Positions 44,666-55,126 of a stretch of DNA of 64,000 nucleotides are shown piece by piece. Source of the stretch: Ignavibacteriota bacterium (GTDB taxonomy: Bacteria > Bacteroidota > Ignavibacteria > UBA10030); NCBI GenBank assembly GCA_963701295.1, contig OY969585.1:448001-512000 (forward strand), in the 5' to 3' direction. Position 1 is the stretch's first letter. Each line of letters begins with the position of its first letter. The notes under the pieces were generated by a model, which saw only the letters and a list, made by a program, of their open reading frames with translations, searched no databases and had not been told where the DNA came from. Position numbers and translations under genes: made by a program.

Positions 44666-45019
44666 ATGGTTCAAACAAGAAGTAAAATATTCGCACTTTT
44701 CCTTATTCTAAGCCATTTACTTGGGTTCGGACTTCACTCCGTATTTCACAATGATTTCATTGTTTTCCCCGGTTCACTGGAACACCAGGTTTTTCCGCAC
44801 GAAGATACAGATCATTGCAAGCATATTCCATTGTCGGAACATTCTGACTGCCCAATCTGTCTTTCTCATCAGAGCGTAACCGCTCCTGATCAAGACTCGT
44901 TTGATAACGGCCAACTTCAGATTGTCGGTAAGACGGGAATTGTTCCAACGGTTCCATCTCTTCAAACCCATCTCTTCGGATCGTTCTCTCGTCGCGGCCC
45001 TCCTTTTCTTCTCGGTTAA
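44666..45019 (+). CDS. DUF2946-like leader protein (signal/TM, His-rich, CxxC, C-terminal RGPP)
   Basis: ...HEDTDHCKH...HSDCPICLSH...FSRRGPPFLLG*. Confidence 0.8.
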   Translation: MVQTRSKIFALFLILSHLLGFGLHSVFHNDFIVFPGSLEHQVFPHEDTDHCKHIPLSEHSDCPICLSHQSVTAPDQDSFDNGQLQIVGKTGIVPTVPSLQTHLFGSFSRRGPPFLLG

Positions 45020-45106
45020 ATATTCTTTTTACAATTTAAAAAACAGAACACTGGAAAGTTTTCTTTTCGGCGTTCTCATCTATTCTTATATCGAGGAGAA
45101 GGAAAT

Positions 45107-47539
45107 ATGCGTTTCATTTTTATTCTTACAACCTTGCTTGTGCTCTCTAAATTTTCTTTTGCACAAAATTCATCGGAGCGAATAACGCGCAATAGTAGTA
45201 GTATCTTGGAAACATCCTCCGAAGGGCCAGATAAATCAAATTTAAACCCAAGTGGAAATGAACGCGGCATTCAATGGAAAGTTACCGTCAACGACTCTAG
45301 CGGAAATGCACCTGTTGAACTCGCACGTGTCGTACTAAAACGAAATGGAAAATTTATTTCGGAAGAAGTTACTACTCCTGCCGGACAAGCGCGATTTCGC
45401 GATATTGCACCGGGCAAGTATGTTGTGCAAGCATGGTTTGTCGGTTACAGGACATTTACAGACACTGTTATAATCGACAATAATCATTCTACGTATCAGA
45501 TATTTCTTCGCTCACAAGGAAACTCTGAAAAAGACGTGGAAGTTTTCGGACAACGGGAGCTTACCGTTACAAGCATCAATCTCAATACGGGAAATCAAGT
45601 GTTCGAGTCTGAAACATTTCATCCTGCGCCAACTGCTCAGATGACGAACCTGGTACAGGAAAACATTTTGGGCGCGGCACGCGCTCCGACAGGCGAGGTG
45701 CATATTAGAGGCCAGCATGGAGAATTCACATACTATGTCGACGGCCTTCCTGTCCCGCTTGGCGTATTCGGCGGACTCAATGACGTCGTCGATCAAAAAG
45801 TTATCGATCATGCTACATTCATCACGGGAGGATTTACGGCGGAATACGGTGGGCAAAATGCCGCAATTATTGACCTGAAAAATCGAGTTCCAACCGGAGA
45901 GTTCCATTTTGATGCGTCGACATTTGTAGGAAGCTATTTAGTGTCTGGTGACGCATCCAAAGAATCAGAACGAGTTGGGCCGTTTCGTGCATTGAATTCC
46001 AACGGTCAGGCATTATCGATGAGCGATCATGTTGGTGATCTCGGTCTCTTTATTTCAGGTTCGCGACAGGAATCCGACCGCCGCATCGATCAACCAGTCG
46101 AGCAACTTTTTCATGACCACGGGCAGGATTATTTTCTCTATGGCAAAGCCGATTATGTCTTGAGCGATGTTGACTATGTAACGGCAAATTTAAATTTCGG
46201 AAAAACGAACACGCAAATCCCGTTTGATTCTTTAGAGCAAATTGCGAACGATATGCAGACCACGACAAATTCGTTTCAGACTCTTTCATATTTTCGTACT
46301 ATCAACTCAGAAGCCGACCATGAAGCAAACTTTTTTGCTGGTGTTTATGCGCGGGAAGGCGGTTTGATATACTCTCCGGGCAGCAACGATCCGGCTCTGT
46401 CTCAATTTGCAGGAGACACGACGCACAGCTATCTGATTGCAGAGAATCGGAGTTTCACAACATTTGGTATACGGTCGACATACGACAAGAGGATTTCTCA
46501 CGAGTTTATGTACAAAGCTGGCTTTAACTTCAGTGCAACGACTGGAACAGAAAATTTTACTTCACATGATTCTGCCGGCAATGCAGGCCCTTTTTTGGTA
46601 ACTGATTTTAACGGATCGGATTTTGGCATATTTCTGCAAGCAGAATGGCATCCCATGGAATGGACATCGTTCGAGTTCGGTGCTCGATATGACCAACACA
46701 TTGCTCCGGATATGCCTCTTCAAAGTCAAATAAGTCCACGCATCCGTTGGAATTTTTTGATTGATGAAGACAATACGGCATATTTATATTATGGACGCAT
46801 GTTTATGCCGAATAATATCGAGGGGTTGAAATCTATTGCGGTGAATTTCAATGGCTCGGACGTTACGCTGGTGCCAACGTTGCCCGAACGGGATGATTTT
46901 TATGAAGCAGTATTCACGCATCTATTCCCATTCGGTTTACGCAGTAAGGCCGATGTGTTCTACAAATATGCCACGCCAGGGGTAGATGATCAAACCATTG
47001 GATCGTCTGCAATCAAAACTCCCGTGAACATTGCACAAGTAAGGACAACAGGTATTGAGCTCGGACTTTCGTACAGCGATCCCGTGATTCCTTTCTCCGG
47101 TTATCTCAACACATCGATCATTCATGCTTATGGAACCGGTCTCATTAGTGGTGGTTTTCTTCCACTCGATGATGACGGGCCTGCAACAGATCTCGATCAC
47201 GACCAGAGACTATCCGTCGTTGCAGGAATTAATTATCAACCTCAGAACTGGTTTGCCAATCTTGTTGCTATTTATGGATCAGGCCTTACGAACGGGAATG
47301 CAATCTCATTTGGAACAGGGTTATTCGATTTTAATCAAGCTGCGCATACTACTCCATCTTGGATTATCAATATTGGCGGCGGATATACATTCCATTTAGA
47401 AGGAAGTGCTACACTTGAGCCTTCCATTTATATCACCAATTTACTCGACAACGAACATTTGATTAAAGGTGCGTACTTCAGTGCAGCAAGTTGGGAAGAA
47501 CCGCGAAACGTTGTATTGAAGGTCGCTGTTCATATTTAA
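45107..47539 (+). CDS. TonB-dependent receptor with N-terminal carboxypeptidase-regulatory-like domain
   Basis: VHIRGQHG..YYVDG plug, TGGFTAEYG, GARYD, DHDQR, NLLD, PRN terminal strand. Confidence 0.88.
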   Translation: MRFIFILTTLLVLSKFSFAQNSSERITRNSSSILETSSEGPDKSNLNPSGNERGIQWKVTVNDSSGNAPVELARVVLKRNGKFISEEVTTPAGQARFRDIAPGKYVVQAWFVGYRTFTDTVIIDNNHSTYQIFLRSQGNSEKDVEVFGQRELTVTSINLNTGNQVFESETFHPAPTAQMTNLVQENILGAARAPTGEVHIRGQHGEFTYYVDGLPVPLGVFGGLNDVVDQKVIDHATFITGGFTAEYGGQNAAIIDLKNRVPTGEFHFDASTFVGSYLVSGDASKESERVGPFRALNSNGQALSMSDHVGDLGLFISGSRQESDRRIDQPVEQLFHDHGQDYFLYGKADYVLSDVDYVTANLNFGKTNTQIPFDSLEQIANDMQTTTNSFQTLSYFRTINSEADHEANFFAGVYAREGGLIYSPGSNDPALSQFAGDTTHSYLIAENRSFTTFGIRSTYDKRISHEFMYKAGFNFSATTGTENFTSHDSAGNAGPFLVTDFNGSDFGIFLQAEWHPMEWTSFEFGARYDQHIAPDMPLQSQISPRIRWNFLIDEDNTAYLYYGRMFMPNNIEGLKSIAVNFNGSDVTLVPTLPERDDFYEAVFTHLFPFGLRSKADVFYKYATPGVDDQTIGSSAIKTPVNIAQVRTTGIELGLSYSDPVIPFSGYLNTSIIHAYGTGLISGGFLPLDDDGPATDLDHDQRLSVVAGINYQPQNWFANLVAIYGSGLTNGNAISFGTGLFDFNQAAHTTPSWIINIGGGYTFHLEGSATLEPSIYITNLLDNEHLIKGAYFSAASWEEPRNVVLKVAVHI

Positions 47540-47563
47540 GAAACATTTCTTTCGATGTATTTT

Positions 47564-47591
47564 GGGGAGTGAGCACATAGGCTCACTCCTC
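47564..47591 (+). terminator. hairpin terminator after the TonB receptor
   Basis: GGGGAGTGAGC-ACATAG-GCTCACTCCTC. Confidence 0.6.
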
Positions 47592-49273
47592 TTGAACTTT
47601 AATTTGATTCTCTTATATGAGAGCAGTAAAAGTACATAGGTACATAATAGCAATTGCAATATTGTTAGTGCATTGGTTTAACGGAAATGCACAAGAATTC
47701 TCCCACCAGAAGAAATCTTTCCAAACTGTTCTTTCAATTCTGAATCCAAATCAAAGTCCGGCCGCTGAAATCAAGACTTTGAAAAGTGGCACACCTCTCG
47801 TTGCACTCTCGCATCTGCACTGGAACCAACTTTCACTACAATCCAAAACATTGATTGCTCAATCGTTGCAAGCAACTGAAACTCAAAAGAGCCGCCTTAG
47901 TCCTTCCGGCAGGTTCAGAGTTCATTACGACACAACAGGGAACAATACTCCTGCATTGTTAAATGCCGACCAAACTCAGGCATTACCCAATACATACGAA
48001 GCATACGTCGATTCAGTTGGAGCGGTATTTGATTATTGCTGGACGTTTCAAATTGATTCTCTTGGGTACAATCCTCCTGCTCCACACCTTGGACCAAGCG
48101 GGAATCCGGAATATGACATCTATATTGAAAACATCGGGCCGGATACATTCGGTTACACAAACTGGGATGATTCTACGCAAGTTGCCTCGCCGCCCAATAG
48201 TGCACCACACTACTGGACATACACAGTCGTCGATAATGATTTTCTTGAATTTCGTACAAAAGGAATAGATGCCCTCCGTGCGACTGCGGCACATGAATTT
48301 CAACATGCCATTCATCTGGGCGGCTATGGCTTATGGGATCTAAGAGATGAATTCTTTTTTGAACTGAGCGCAGGTTGGATGGAAGGAGTTACGTTTCCTT
48401 TTGTTCATGATTACTTCTACGATGTTGCTGAATACTTTACAGGTTTTCGAGATGCAAACGGATCGCTCCCTTTTTTTAATAATTCTCAGTATGGATCGGA
48501 AAGGGGCATCTGGGGGCAATTTATTGCGAAGCGATTTGGCCGCGATATGATGAGAAAAATCTGGGAGTTTGAGATTAAGGAAGATGTCATGCATGCCATC
48601 AATGATGCTCTAATGACTCAAGGATCGGATATGCGAACTGAATTTTATCTATTTTCGTATTGGAATTATTTTACTGCTGATAGAGCCGATACTATTCTGT
48701 ATTATCCGGAAGGAAAAAACTATCCGCGGTTTATACCAAATTCCACAACAGCTTATACTGGAACTACAACATTGATATCTAGCCAAGCCCACACTCTTTC
48801 GACAAGTTTCTATGAATTCAATTTAAGCGCAGATACACTCACAGCAATTGTCACGAATGCGGACATCCCAATTGCACAACAATATGATGACACTATCTAT
48901 TCATTGCAGATGGAGTTGGGGGCATCTTTCAGCGGTTTGCCAACTCAAACCCTATCGAATGGGTTGAAAGTAGGATTTGGTGTCTCAGATCAAACGAAAT
49001 GGACTGAACGATACTTACTAGCGTCCACCAAAACGGATATTCCAAAATCCATCGTCTATGCTTCACCCAATCCATTTTTACTTTCCAAGGCCACTCGTCT
49101 TGCGCTGCCTGTAAACGATCCAATAAACTCTCTTGTGCACGTCTTTTGTTTCACAATTTCTATGTCTTTGGCGTTTTCAGGTGACTATTCAGTTTCCAAT
49201 TATTCCGGCGGAAGTTTTATTTTTATTCCTTCTACAGATTTACGTTCCCACCTTTCTTCGGGTATTTATTTTA

Positions 49274-50102
49274 GGTAATTAGGTAGAAACGTAACCGAAA
49301 TAGATTAGAGTAAAGAGTTTCAACAAATTGTCATCGCGATGGTTAAAACGATATTCAACTTCTTTAAGATACATAGGAAAATGATATTTTGAAACACCGC
49401 GATAATTATATAAGACATGTTTAGCAAAAGACCAAAATCCTTCAATACCATTAATATGATTCTTTGTTTTCGGAAATTTCTTTCCATGACTAATGGTATG
49501 ATGTTTTCCAAAGCGTTTCAAGGAGCGATAACTACGAAAGGTGTCCGTGAAGTAGACCGATCCTTTCTTGGTATGTTGTCGAATATGATCCATCAATTCA
49601 TTGGCCGAGACAGAATCAACAACCTTAGTATAGACCCGTCCATTGCGCTCCAGAAGCCCAAAAACGATACTTTTTCCGCCTGCACCGCGTCCTCGTTTGC
49701 CTTTGCGACGACCACCAAAATACGCTTCGTCCAATTCTATTTCTCCTTTGAGCTTGCCAGCTTCAAGTTCGCTCACATGATAAATCGCTTCTCGAATGCG
49801 CTGATAGACTCTGGTAACAGTTTTATAATTTATTCCAAGATCATTTGCCAATCGATACGCCGGTTGCTGTTGATAAAAACCAAGAATGATTTTCAACTCT
49901 CGCCGAAGAAGATGACTTCCTTTTTGTCTTTGACACTTGTTGCATTTTACGTAGCCGCGTTTCGTTCGACAGACGTTGAACGATCCACAATACACACACT
50001 TCTTTCCACTCAAAAAGTTGTCATGGTAACTGATTTTACTGGAACTTGCCATAAAATAATATACTTACAATTATTCTATGGTTACATTCTTACCTAATTA
50101 CC
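49274..50102 (-). mobile_element. IS1595-family insertion sequence, 829 bp
   Basis: 23-bp imperfect TIRs (GGTAATTAGGTAGAAACGTAACC / GGTAATTAGGTAAGAATGTAACC); 8-bp TSD TTATTTTA at 49266-49273 and 50103-50110. Confidence 0.95.
49279..50052 (-). CDS. IS1595-family DDE transposase
   Basis: CxxC...CxxC zinc finger, EIELDEAYFGG, FTD..RSY, HINGIEGFWS, YLKEVEYRFN. Confidence 0.95.
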   Translation of the reverse strand: MASSSKISYHDNFLSGKKCVYCGSFNVCRTKRGYVKCNKCQRQKGSHLLRRELKIILGFYQQQPAYRLANDLGINYKTVTRVYQRIREAIYHVSELEAGKLKGEIELDEAYFGGRRKGKRGRGAGGKSIVFGLLERNGRVYTKVVDSVSANELMDHIRQHTKKGSVYFTDTFRSYRSLKRFGKHHTISHGKKFPKTKNHINGIEGFWSFAKHVLYNYRGVSKYHFPMYLKEVEYRFNHRDDNLLKLFTLIYFGYVST

Positions 50103-50175
50103 TTATTTTATTATTGCCCGTACAGACAATGCTGATTATCGATGGAAAGTTGCGGTCATTCGATAAATTTTCCAT

Positions 50176-50894
50176 TTACCCTGCGATTTGTATAACAGCA
50201 TAGAGTATTCCCATTCCAAGAAGTGTCATAATCGTTGTAAGTGTTTTAGGGTGGGCATGATGACTTTCCGGAAGAAGGTCACTCGCACCGATATAAATAA
50301 AACATCCGCAGAAAACACTAAGGACGATACCTAATGCTTCCTTTGGGATTGAATAGAAGAATGTACTGCAAACCCCTAGAACCGGAGCGAGTGCATCTAC
50401 AACAAGCCACCACAATGCTTGTCTGCGTTCTCCACCACTTCGTAGGATCATCGTTACCGTATTGATGCCATTGGAAAAATCGTGTAAGGACTGCAACCGT
50501 TACGATTGTTCCTACTGAATTGGATATTTGAAATGCGAGGCCGATACTTACACCATCCAGGAAGCTGTGTAATGAGAGACTTCCTGCTCCAAGAATGCCG
50601 CGGTGCCGGGTATTTTCGCAGCCGCTCTCCTGGTGGGAATGCAGAACTATCATCCTTTCCAGAATCATATACACAATGAATCCGATATCGATCAAGAGCG
50701 ATACCTGCGAAATACCTTGAGTTTCATTTTTTAGTACGACGGCTTCTGGAAGAAGATCGAAGAATGCGACGCCAATGATTGCTCCCACACTGAATCCTGT
50801 AATAAGGTGCAGCTTGTCTTTAAATCTGAGCACAAATAGCCCTCCAAGAAAAGTTACGATAAATGCAGCCGGCTCCGATGCCTAGCACAATCAT
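50176..50894 (-). pseudogene. ZIP-family metal transporter with two frameshifts
   Basis: ATG at 50894 after GAGGAG; pieces FDLLPEA, HSFLDG, HDFS.G and DLLPESHH lie in different frames (shifts near 50870 and 50485). Confidence 0.85.
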
Positions 50895-51175
50895 ATTTGA
50901 TCTCCTCTATTTCTCAGCATTGCTGTAAATAACGGCAAGCTTTTTTCTGTATCTGATCAAATGAATGCAACTGTGATAAAGTTTATCTCGATAAAACTAC
51001 CCTTTATATTTGTTTGGTCATTTTAAAGCATGATTACTTAATCGTCAATTTTATCATACTACTTTCCACACATCGGACCACCTCTTTCTCTTTCTGATTG
51101 AAGCCAATTTTCATGCCACCAAATTCTTATGTACATTGTTAAAAGCTGAAAAATTGAACACCGAGTTCTATCGGT

Positions 51176-52261
51176 ATGAAACTTCTGACTTCAAATATGA
51201 AAATGGCGGATGTTGTGCACAGCAACTATCTCCTCATGCCAGTCATCAGCCGTTTTGGAATTCCACTGGGATTCGGCGAGAAAACTGTTACGGCAGTCTG
51301 CCGGAAACACAGAATTGATGTTGATTTTTTTCTAGCCATTGCAAACGCATTCAGCAATGAGAATTATTTTCCAGAGAAGAAACTTCAGACATTCAATGTG
51401 TTGATGATCGTCGATTACTTGCAGAAGACGCATGCGTATTATATCGAAACACAGGTTCCGATTATCGAAAAACTACTCAATAATTTGCTCCGCAGCCGCC
51501 CGTCTGATGTGAAGAATTTGAAGCTCATCAAAAAATTCTTTCTAGACTACAAAGAAGAATTATTCAATCATCTGGAGCGAGAAGAAACAACAACCTTTCC
51601 CTATGTGAATAAAGTGTATCGGTTATTCCATTCACCCGATCCATCAACGAGGGAAAAGCGAGCGCTCTCGAAATATTCCATGCATGTCTATGAAGAAGAG
51701 CATACCGATGTGGATGAAAAACTTTACGATCTTAAAAATATCCTCATCAAGTACGTTCCCGGTGATTCGATGAATGAGGTGTATCAAGAAATGATTTTTG
51801 AATTGTTCCGCCTGGAAAAGGATATCCAGGACCACACACGCATCGAAAATAATATTTTGCTCCCTCTTGTGGAGGAAATGGAAGACGCATTGTTTTATCC
51901 GGCGGAGCATTCCAGACGCACTGCAGGCAAGGATGCTCTTGCACAGGCGGAAATAAAATCTTCCCCGCGAACAGAAACTCATCGGACTGAGCCTGCAAAA
52001 GGAATCTATCAAGTACCTCAAGGCATACCGAAACCAGGTAAACAGAAATTAGAAGGGCTCACATCACGCGAGCTGGAAGTGCTTCAACTGGTTGCTTGCG
52101 GCTTCCTCAACAAACAAATCGCAGACAAACTTTCTATTAGTCTCCACACAGTTATTTCCCATAGAAAAAATATCACGCGCAAGCTGCAAATAAAAACTGT
52201 CGCCGGATTGACGATCTATGCATTACTCAATGGGTTGATCTCGTCGAAGAACATCAGCTGA
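51176..52261 (+). CDS. hemerythrin/RIC-like sensor fused to a LuxR HTH regulator
   Basis: RFGIPLGFGEKTV..VC N-domain; H..Y, HLEREE...FP, EH, H..IENNIL.P; LTSRELEVL...IADKL.IS..TV..HRKNI..KL. Confidence 0.88.
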   Translation: MKLLTSNMKMADVVHSNYLLMPVISRFGIPLGFGEKTVTAVCRKHRIDVDFFLAIANAFSNENYFPEKKLQTFNVLMIVDYLQKTHAYYIETQVPIIEKLLNNLLRSRPSDVKNLKLIKKFFLDYKEELFNHLEREETTTFPYVNKVYRLFHSPDPSTREKRALSKYSMHVYEEEHTDVDEKLYDLKNILIKYVPGDSMNEVYQEMIFELFRLEKDIQDHTRIENNILLPLVEEMEDALFYPAEHSRRTAGKDALAQAEIKSSPRTETHRTEPAKGIYQVPQGIPKPGKQKLEGLTSRELEVLQLVACGFLNKQIADKLSISLHTVISHRKNITRKLQIKTVAGLTIYALLNGLISSKNIS

Positions 52262-52463
52262 ACCTGCATTCACATCCTTCGTCTTCTCATCTCTTTCATA
52301 AGCAGAAATGGTGCAGTGCCTCTATCCCAACAAATGGGGATTGTGTACAACATCGTTGCTTGTTAATTTAAAGAGAGGATGATACCATCCCTTAAAGATT
52401 TCAATGTATATGCAACCATATTCTTGCGTGCAGTATTGATGCAGAGAGAGAAGAAATGATTCA

Positions 52464-52709
52464 ATGACAGAAAACAAGTTAGTACCCCTCCATAAAATAT
52501 TCAAAGGAAGCCGTGTTTGGATTGTACAAGTGCCTGAAGGCAAACGAAGGAGCCAGTTAATTCGATTGGGAATTTCAAAGGGAGAGTTTATCCGATGTCT
52601 TGAACGCCTTCCAGGAGGAACGGTGGTGATCGAAAAGAATCGCCGCGAAATTGCTATCGGCATGTCGCTGGCAAAATCTATTTTTGTTACTTATGCCAAT
52701 ACCGAATAG
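52464..52709 (+). CDS. feoA: ferrous iron transport protein A
   Basis: LIRLGI..G SH3-like FeoA pattern directly upstream of feoB. Confidence 0.85.
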   Translation: MTENKLVPLHKIFKGSRVWIVQVPEGKRRSQLIRLGISKGEFIRCLERLPGGTVVIEKNRREIAIGMSLAKSIFVTYANTE

Positions 52710-52734
52710 GCCGAGGGAAAAGTGAGAAAGAAAT

Positions 52735-54636
52735 ATGTCTGAGCATTTAACGACGATAAGTGAAGTAAATTTACATCCTGAACATATCGACCATCATAAA
52801 CATTTCAAAGCCACGCCGGTCGCAGGTGACACGCCCCATCTGAAAATAGCGCTGGTCGGGAATCCGAATGTGGGCAAATCGGTCATATTCAATTATCTCT
52901 CTGGATTGTATATGGATGTTTCGAATTACCCCGGAACGACGGTAGAGTTTTCGAAAGGCAAGTATAAGAATTATGTAGTATATGATACGCCGGGTGTGTA
53001 CGGAATTTCTTCCTTCAGTGCAGAAGAAAATGTCACGCGGGATGTCGTCCTTGAATCAGATGCGGTTCTCAACATTGTCGACTCCGTGCACCTCGAACGT
53101 GATCTCTTTCTTACCCAACAATTGATCGATATGGGTAAATGTGTCTCTGTCATTCTTAACTTCAAAGATGAGCTGGAACGCGAAGGCATTACCATCGATA
53201 CGATACAGCTTTCGGCTTCACTGGGTGTACCGGTGTTTCAAACATCGGCTGTGCAAAAAACAGGATTTGAACAACTGGACGATGCCATTATTGGCGCACA
53301 GCATGGGAAAATCGATCAGGAGCTTCACACGAAACTGCACACCATGCTGATCGAAGTTGGTTCGCAAGCAGAAGCATTGCTCGTTCTAGAAGGAGACGAA
53401 TCGTTAGCGCAGAAACATGGCATACACGCCGGGAATGAACGTGAAGATATCTACATTAAGAGACGTAATCGTGTCAACCTCATCGTCAACGATGTGCTGA
53501 AGGAGACAAAAACACGGACCAGGATTTCCACACTGTTCGGACGCTGGGCGGTCAATATTTGGACCGGTATCCCGATGCTGCTTGCCGCTCTCTATCTTAT
53601 TTATCTCTTTGTTGGAAAACTCGTTGCGAGCGACTTAGTCAATGTCACAGAAAAGCATCTCGGGAATGAAATATGGGAACCGTGGATTCGAAGCGTTGTA
53701 ACACATTTCATCCCGCTCAACTCTTGGCTCGGCACCCTGCTTGTCGGTGAGTTCGGTGTCATTTCCATGACCGTCACCTATCTTTTCTTTTTGCTGCTGC
53801 CGCTTGTCATTGCATTTTATCTTGCACTCTCATTGATGGAAGACAGCGGTTATTTGCCGCGGTTAGCAACGCTGGTAGACAGGAGCCTGAATGCGATTGG
53901 GTTGAATGGCGGCGCTGTCATTCCCCTCATACTGGGCTTCGGATGTGTCACGATGGCAACCATCACAACACGTCTTCTTGGCAGCGAACGGGAAAAAACT
54001 ATTGCAACAACCATTCTTCAGTTTGCGATTCCATGTTCGGCACAAATTGCAGTCGTCGCCGCATTATTGGCAGGAGCCGGGTTCGGCGCGATGATCATTT
54101 ATTCCGTTACAATTTTTGCTGTGTTCATCGCCATCGGTACAATTCTGCATCGTTTGTTGCCGGGGGAATCAAGTCCTTTGCTTCTCGATTTACCGCCTAT
54201 GCGGCTGCCGCGGCTCGACAACATTGTTCGGAAGACAACGTTTCGATCCTATGCCTTTATGAAAGAAGCGACACCATGGTTTTTTGCCGGCGCACTTGGC
54301 ATAGGCATTATGCAAATAACCGGACTCCTCGTCATTTGGCAAAACTTATTGGCACCGATTGATACAGGATGGTTGCAACTGCCGCGTGCAGCATCAACTG
54401 CATTTGTAATGGGGCTTGTGCGACGAGACTTTGGTGCTGCCGGATTATATGAGTTAGCTTTAACACCGCATCAAGTTGTTGTTGCTCTCGTGACCATTAC
54501 TCTCTTTGTTCCGTGTATCGCTTCATTGATGGTGATGCTGAAAGAACGCGGAATTAAGGAGGCACTCATTATCTGGTTCGCAACATGGATTGGCGCGTTC
54601 GTCATCGGCGGATTTGTTTCCCAAATACTTATCTAG
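52735..54636 (+). CDS. feoB: ferrous iron transport protein B
   Basis: GNPNVGKS, NYPGTTVE, DTPG, EDSGYLPR, GFGC, PCSAQ, PCIA. Confidence 0.95.
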   Translation: MSEHLTTISEVNLHPEHIDHHKHFKATPVAGDTPHLKIALVGNPNVGKSVIFNYLSGLYMDVSNYPGTTVEFSKGKYKNYVVYDTPGVYGISSFSAEENVTRDVVLESDAVLNIVDSVHLERDLFLTQQLIDMGKCVSVILNFKDELEREGITIDTIQLSASLGVPVFQTSAVQKTGFEQLDDAIIGAQHGKIDQELHTKLHTMLIEVGSQAEALLVLEGDESLAQKHGIHAGNEREDIYIKRRNRVNLIVNDVLKETKTRTRISTLFGRWAVNIWTGIPMLLAALYLIYLFVGKLVASDLVNVTEKHLGNEIWEPWIRSVVTHFIPLNSWLGTLLVGEFGVISMTVTYLFFLLLPLVIAFYLALSLMEDSGYLPRLATLVDRSLNAIGLNGGAVIPLILGFGCVTMATITTRLLGSEREKTIATTILQFAIPCSAQIAVVAALLAGAGFGAMIIYSVTIFAVFIAIGTILHRLLPGESSPLLLDLPPMRLPRLDNIVRKTTFRSYAFMKEATPWFFAGALGIGIMQITGLLVIWQNLLAPIDTGWLQLPRAASTAFVMGLVRRDFGAAGLYELALTPHQVVVALVTITLFVPCIASLMVMLKERGIKEALIIWFATWIGAFVIGGFVSQILI

Positions 54637-54782
54637 AGAAATTGCAAACATCGATATTCAAATGACAAACAAATCACACCTATCAAATTTCGAACCGTTC
54701 TATTCTTGGAATTTGTCCCGCTTTTTGGGATCCCGTGCAACGGGATTTGCTATTTGTGATTTGATTATTGGGATTTAGAAAA

Positions 54783-54980
54783 GTGCTTTTTACACTCGAA
54801 GAACAATTAAAGCTTGAAGTTCGTCTCTGTCCGCAGTGCCAATGTAAAATCGCCAGTCCGTTCATCACACGGTGCCCGCGATGTTTGGCATCTATCCCCG
54901 TACAGAAACTTGGGTGTTCTTCTTGTATGCACAGAACGAGCTGCCCTGTTATACCTGCTTCAACGGCAAAATCGCTGTAA
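54783..54980 (+). CDS. small Cys-rich protein (zinc ribbon or Fe-S; FeoC-like position)
   Basis: CPQCQC...CPRC...CSSC....SC; start uncertain. Confidence 0.5.
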   Translation: MLFTLEEQLKLEVRLCPQCQCKIASPFITRCPRCLASIPVQKLGCSSCMHRTSCPVIPASTAKSL

Positions 54981-55126
54981 ATCGCCATAGTAACCGTTTC
55001 TTCCCAAGTCTCTTATCGAGACAATAATTTTAACAATATTTATTGATATTTGCTTTCTCAAGAATATTCAGTATCATTTTACAAATCCACTAAATTTCAA
55101 TTTTTCAACAATTGCTGGGAGTTACT

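Larger units (their letters stand above)
47617..50166 (+). pseudogene. exported HEXXH metalloprotease (MXAN_6640-like) whose T9SS signal is interrupted by IS1595
   Basis: SPSGRFRVHY, TAAHEFQHAI, E..A.WME; ORF stops at 49278 inside the IS end; removing the IS restores ...SSGIYFIIARTDNADYRWKVAVIR* (stop 50164-50166). Confidence 0.85.

Noticed and set aside
49417-50097. 226-aa ORF antisense to the IS1595 transposase
   Set aside because: Shadow ORF with no recognisable motifs.
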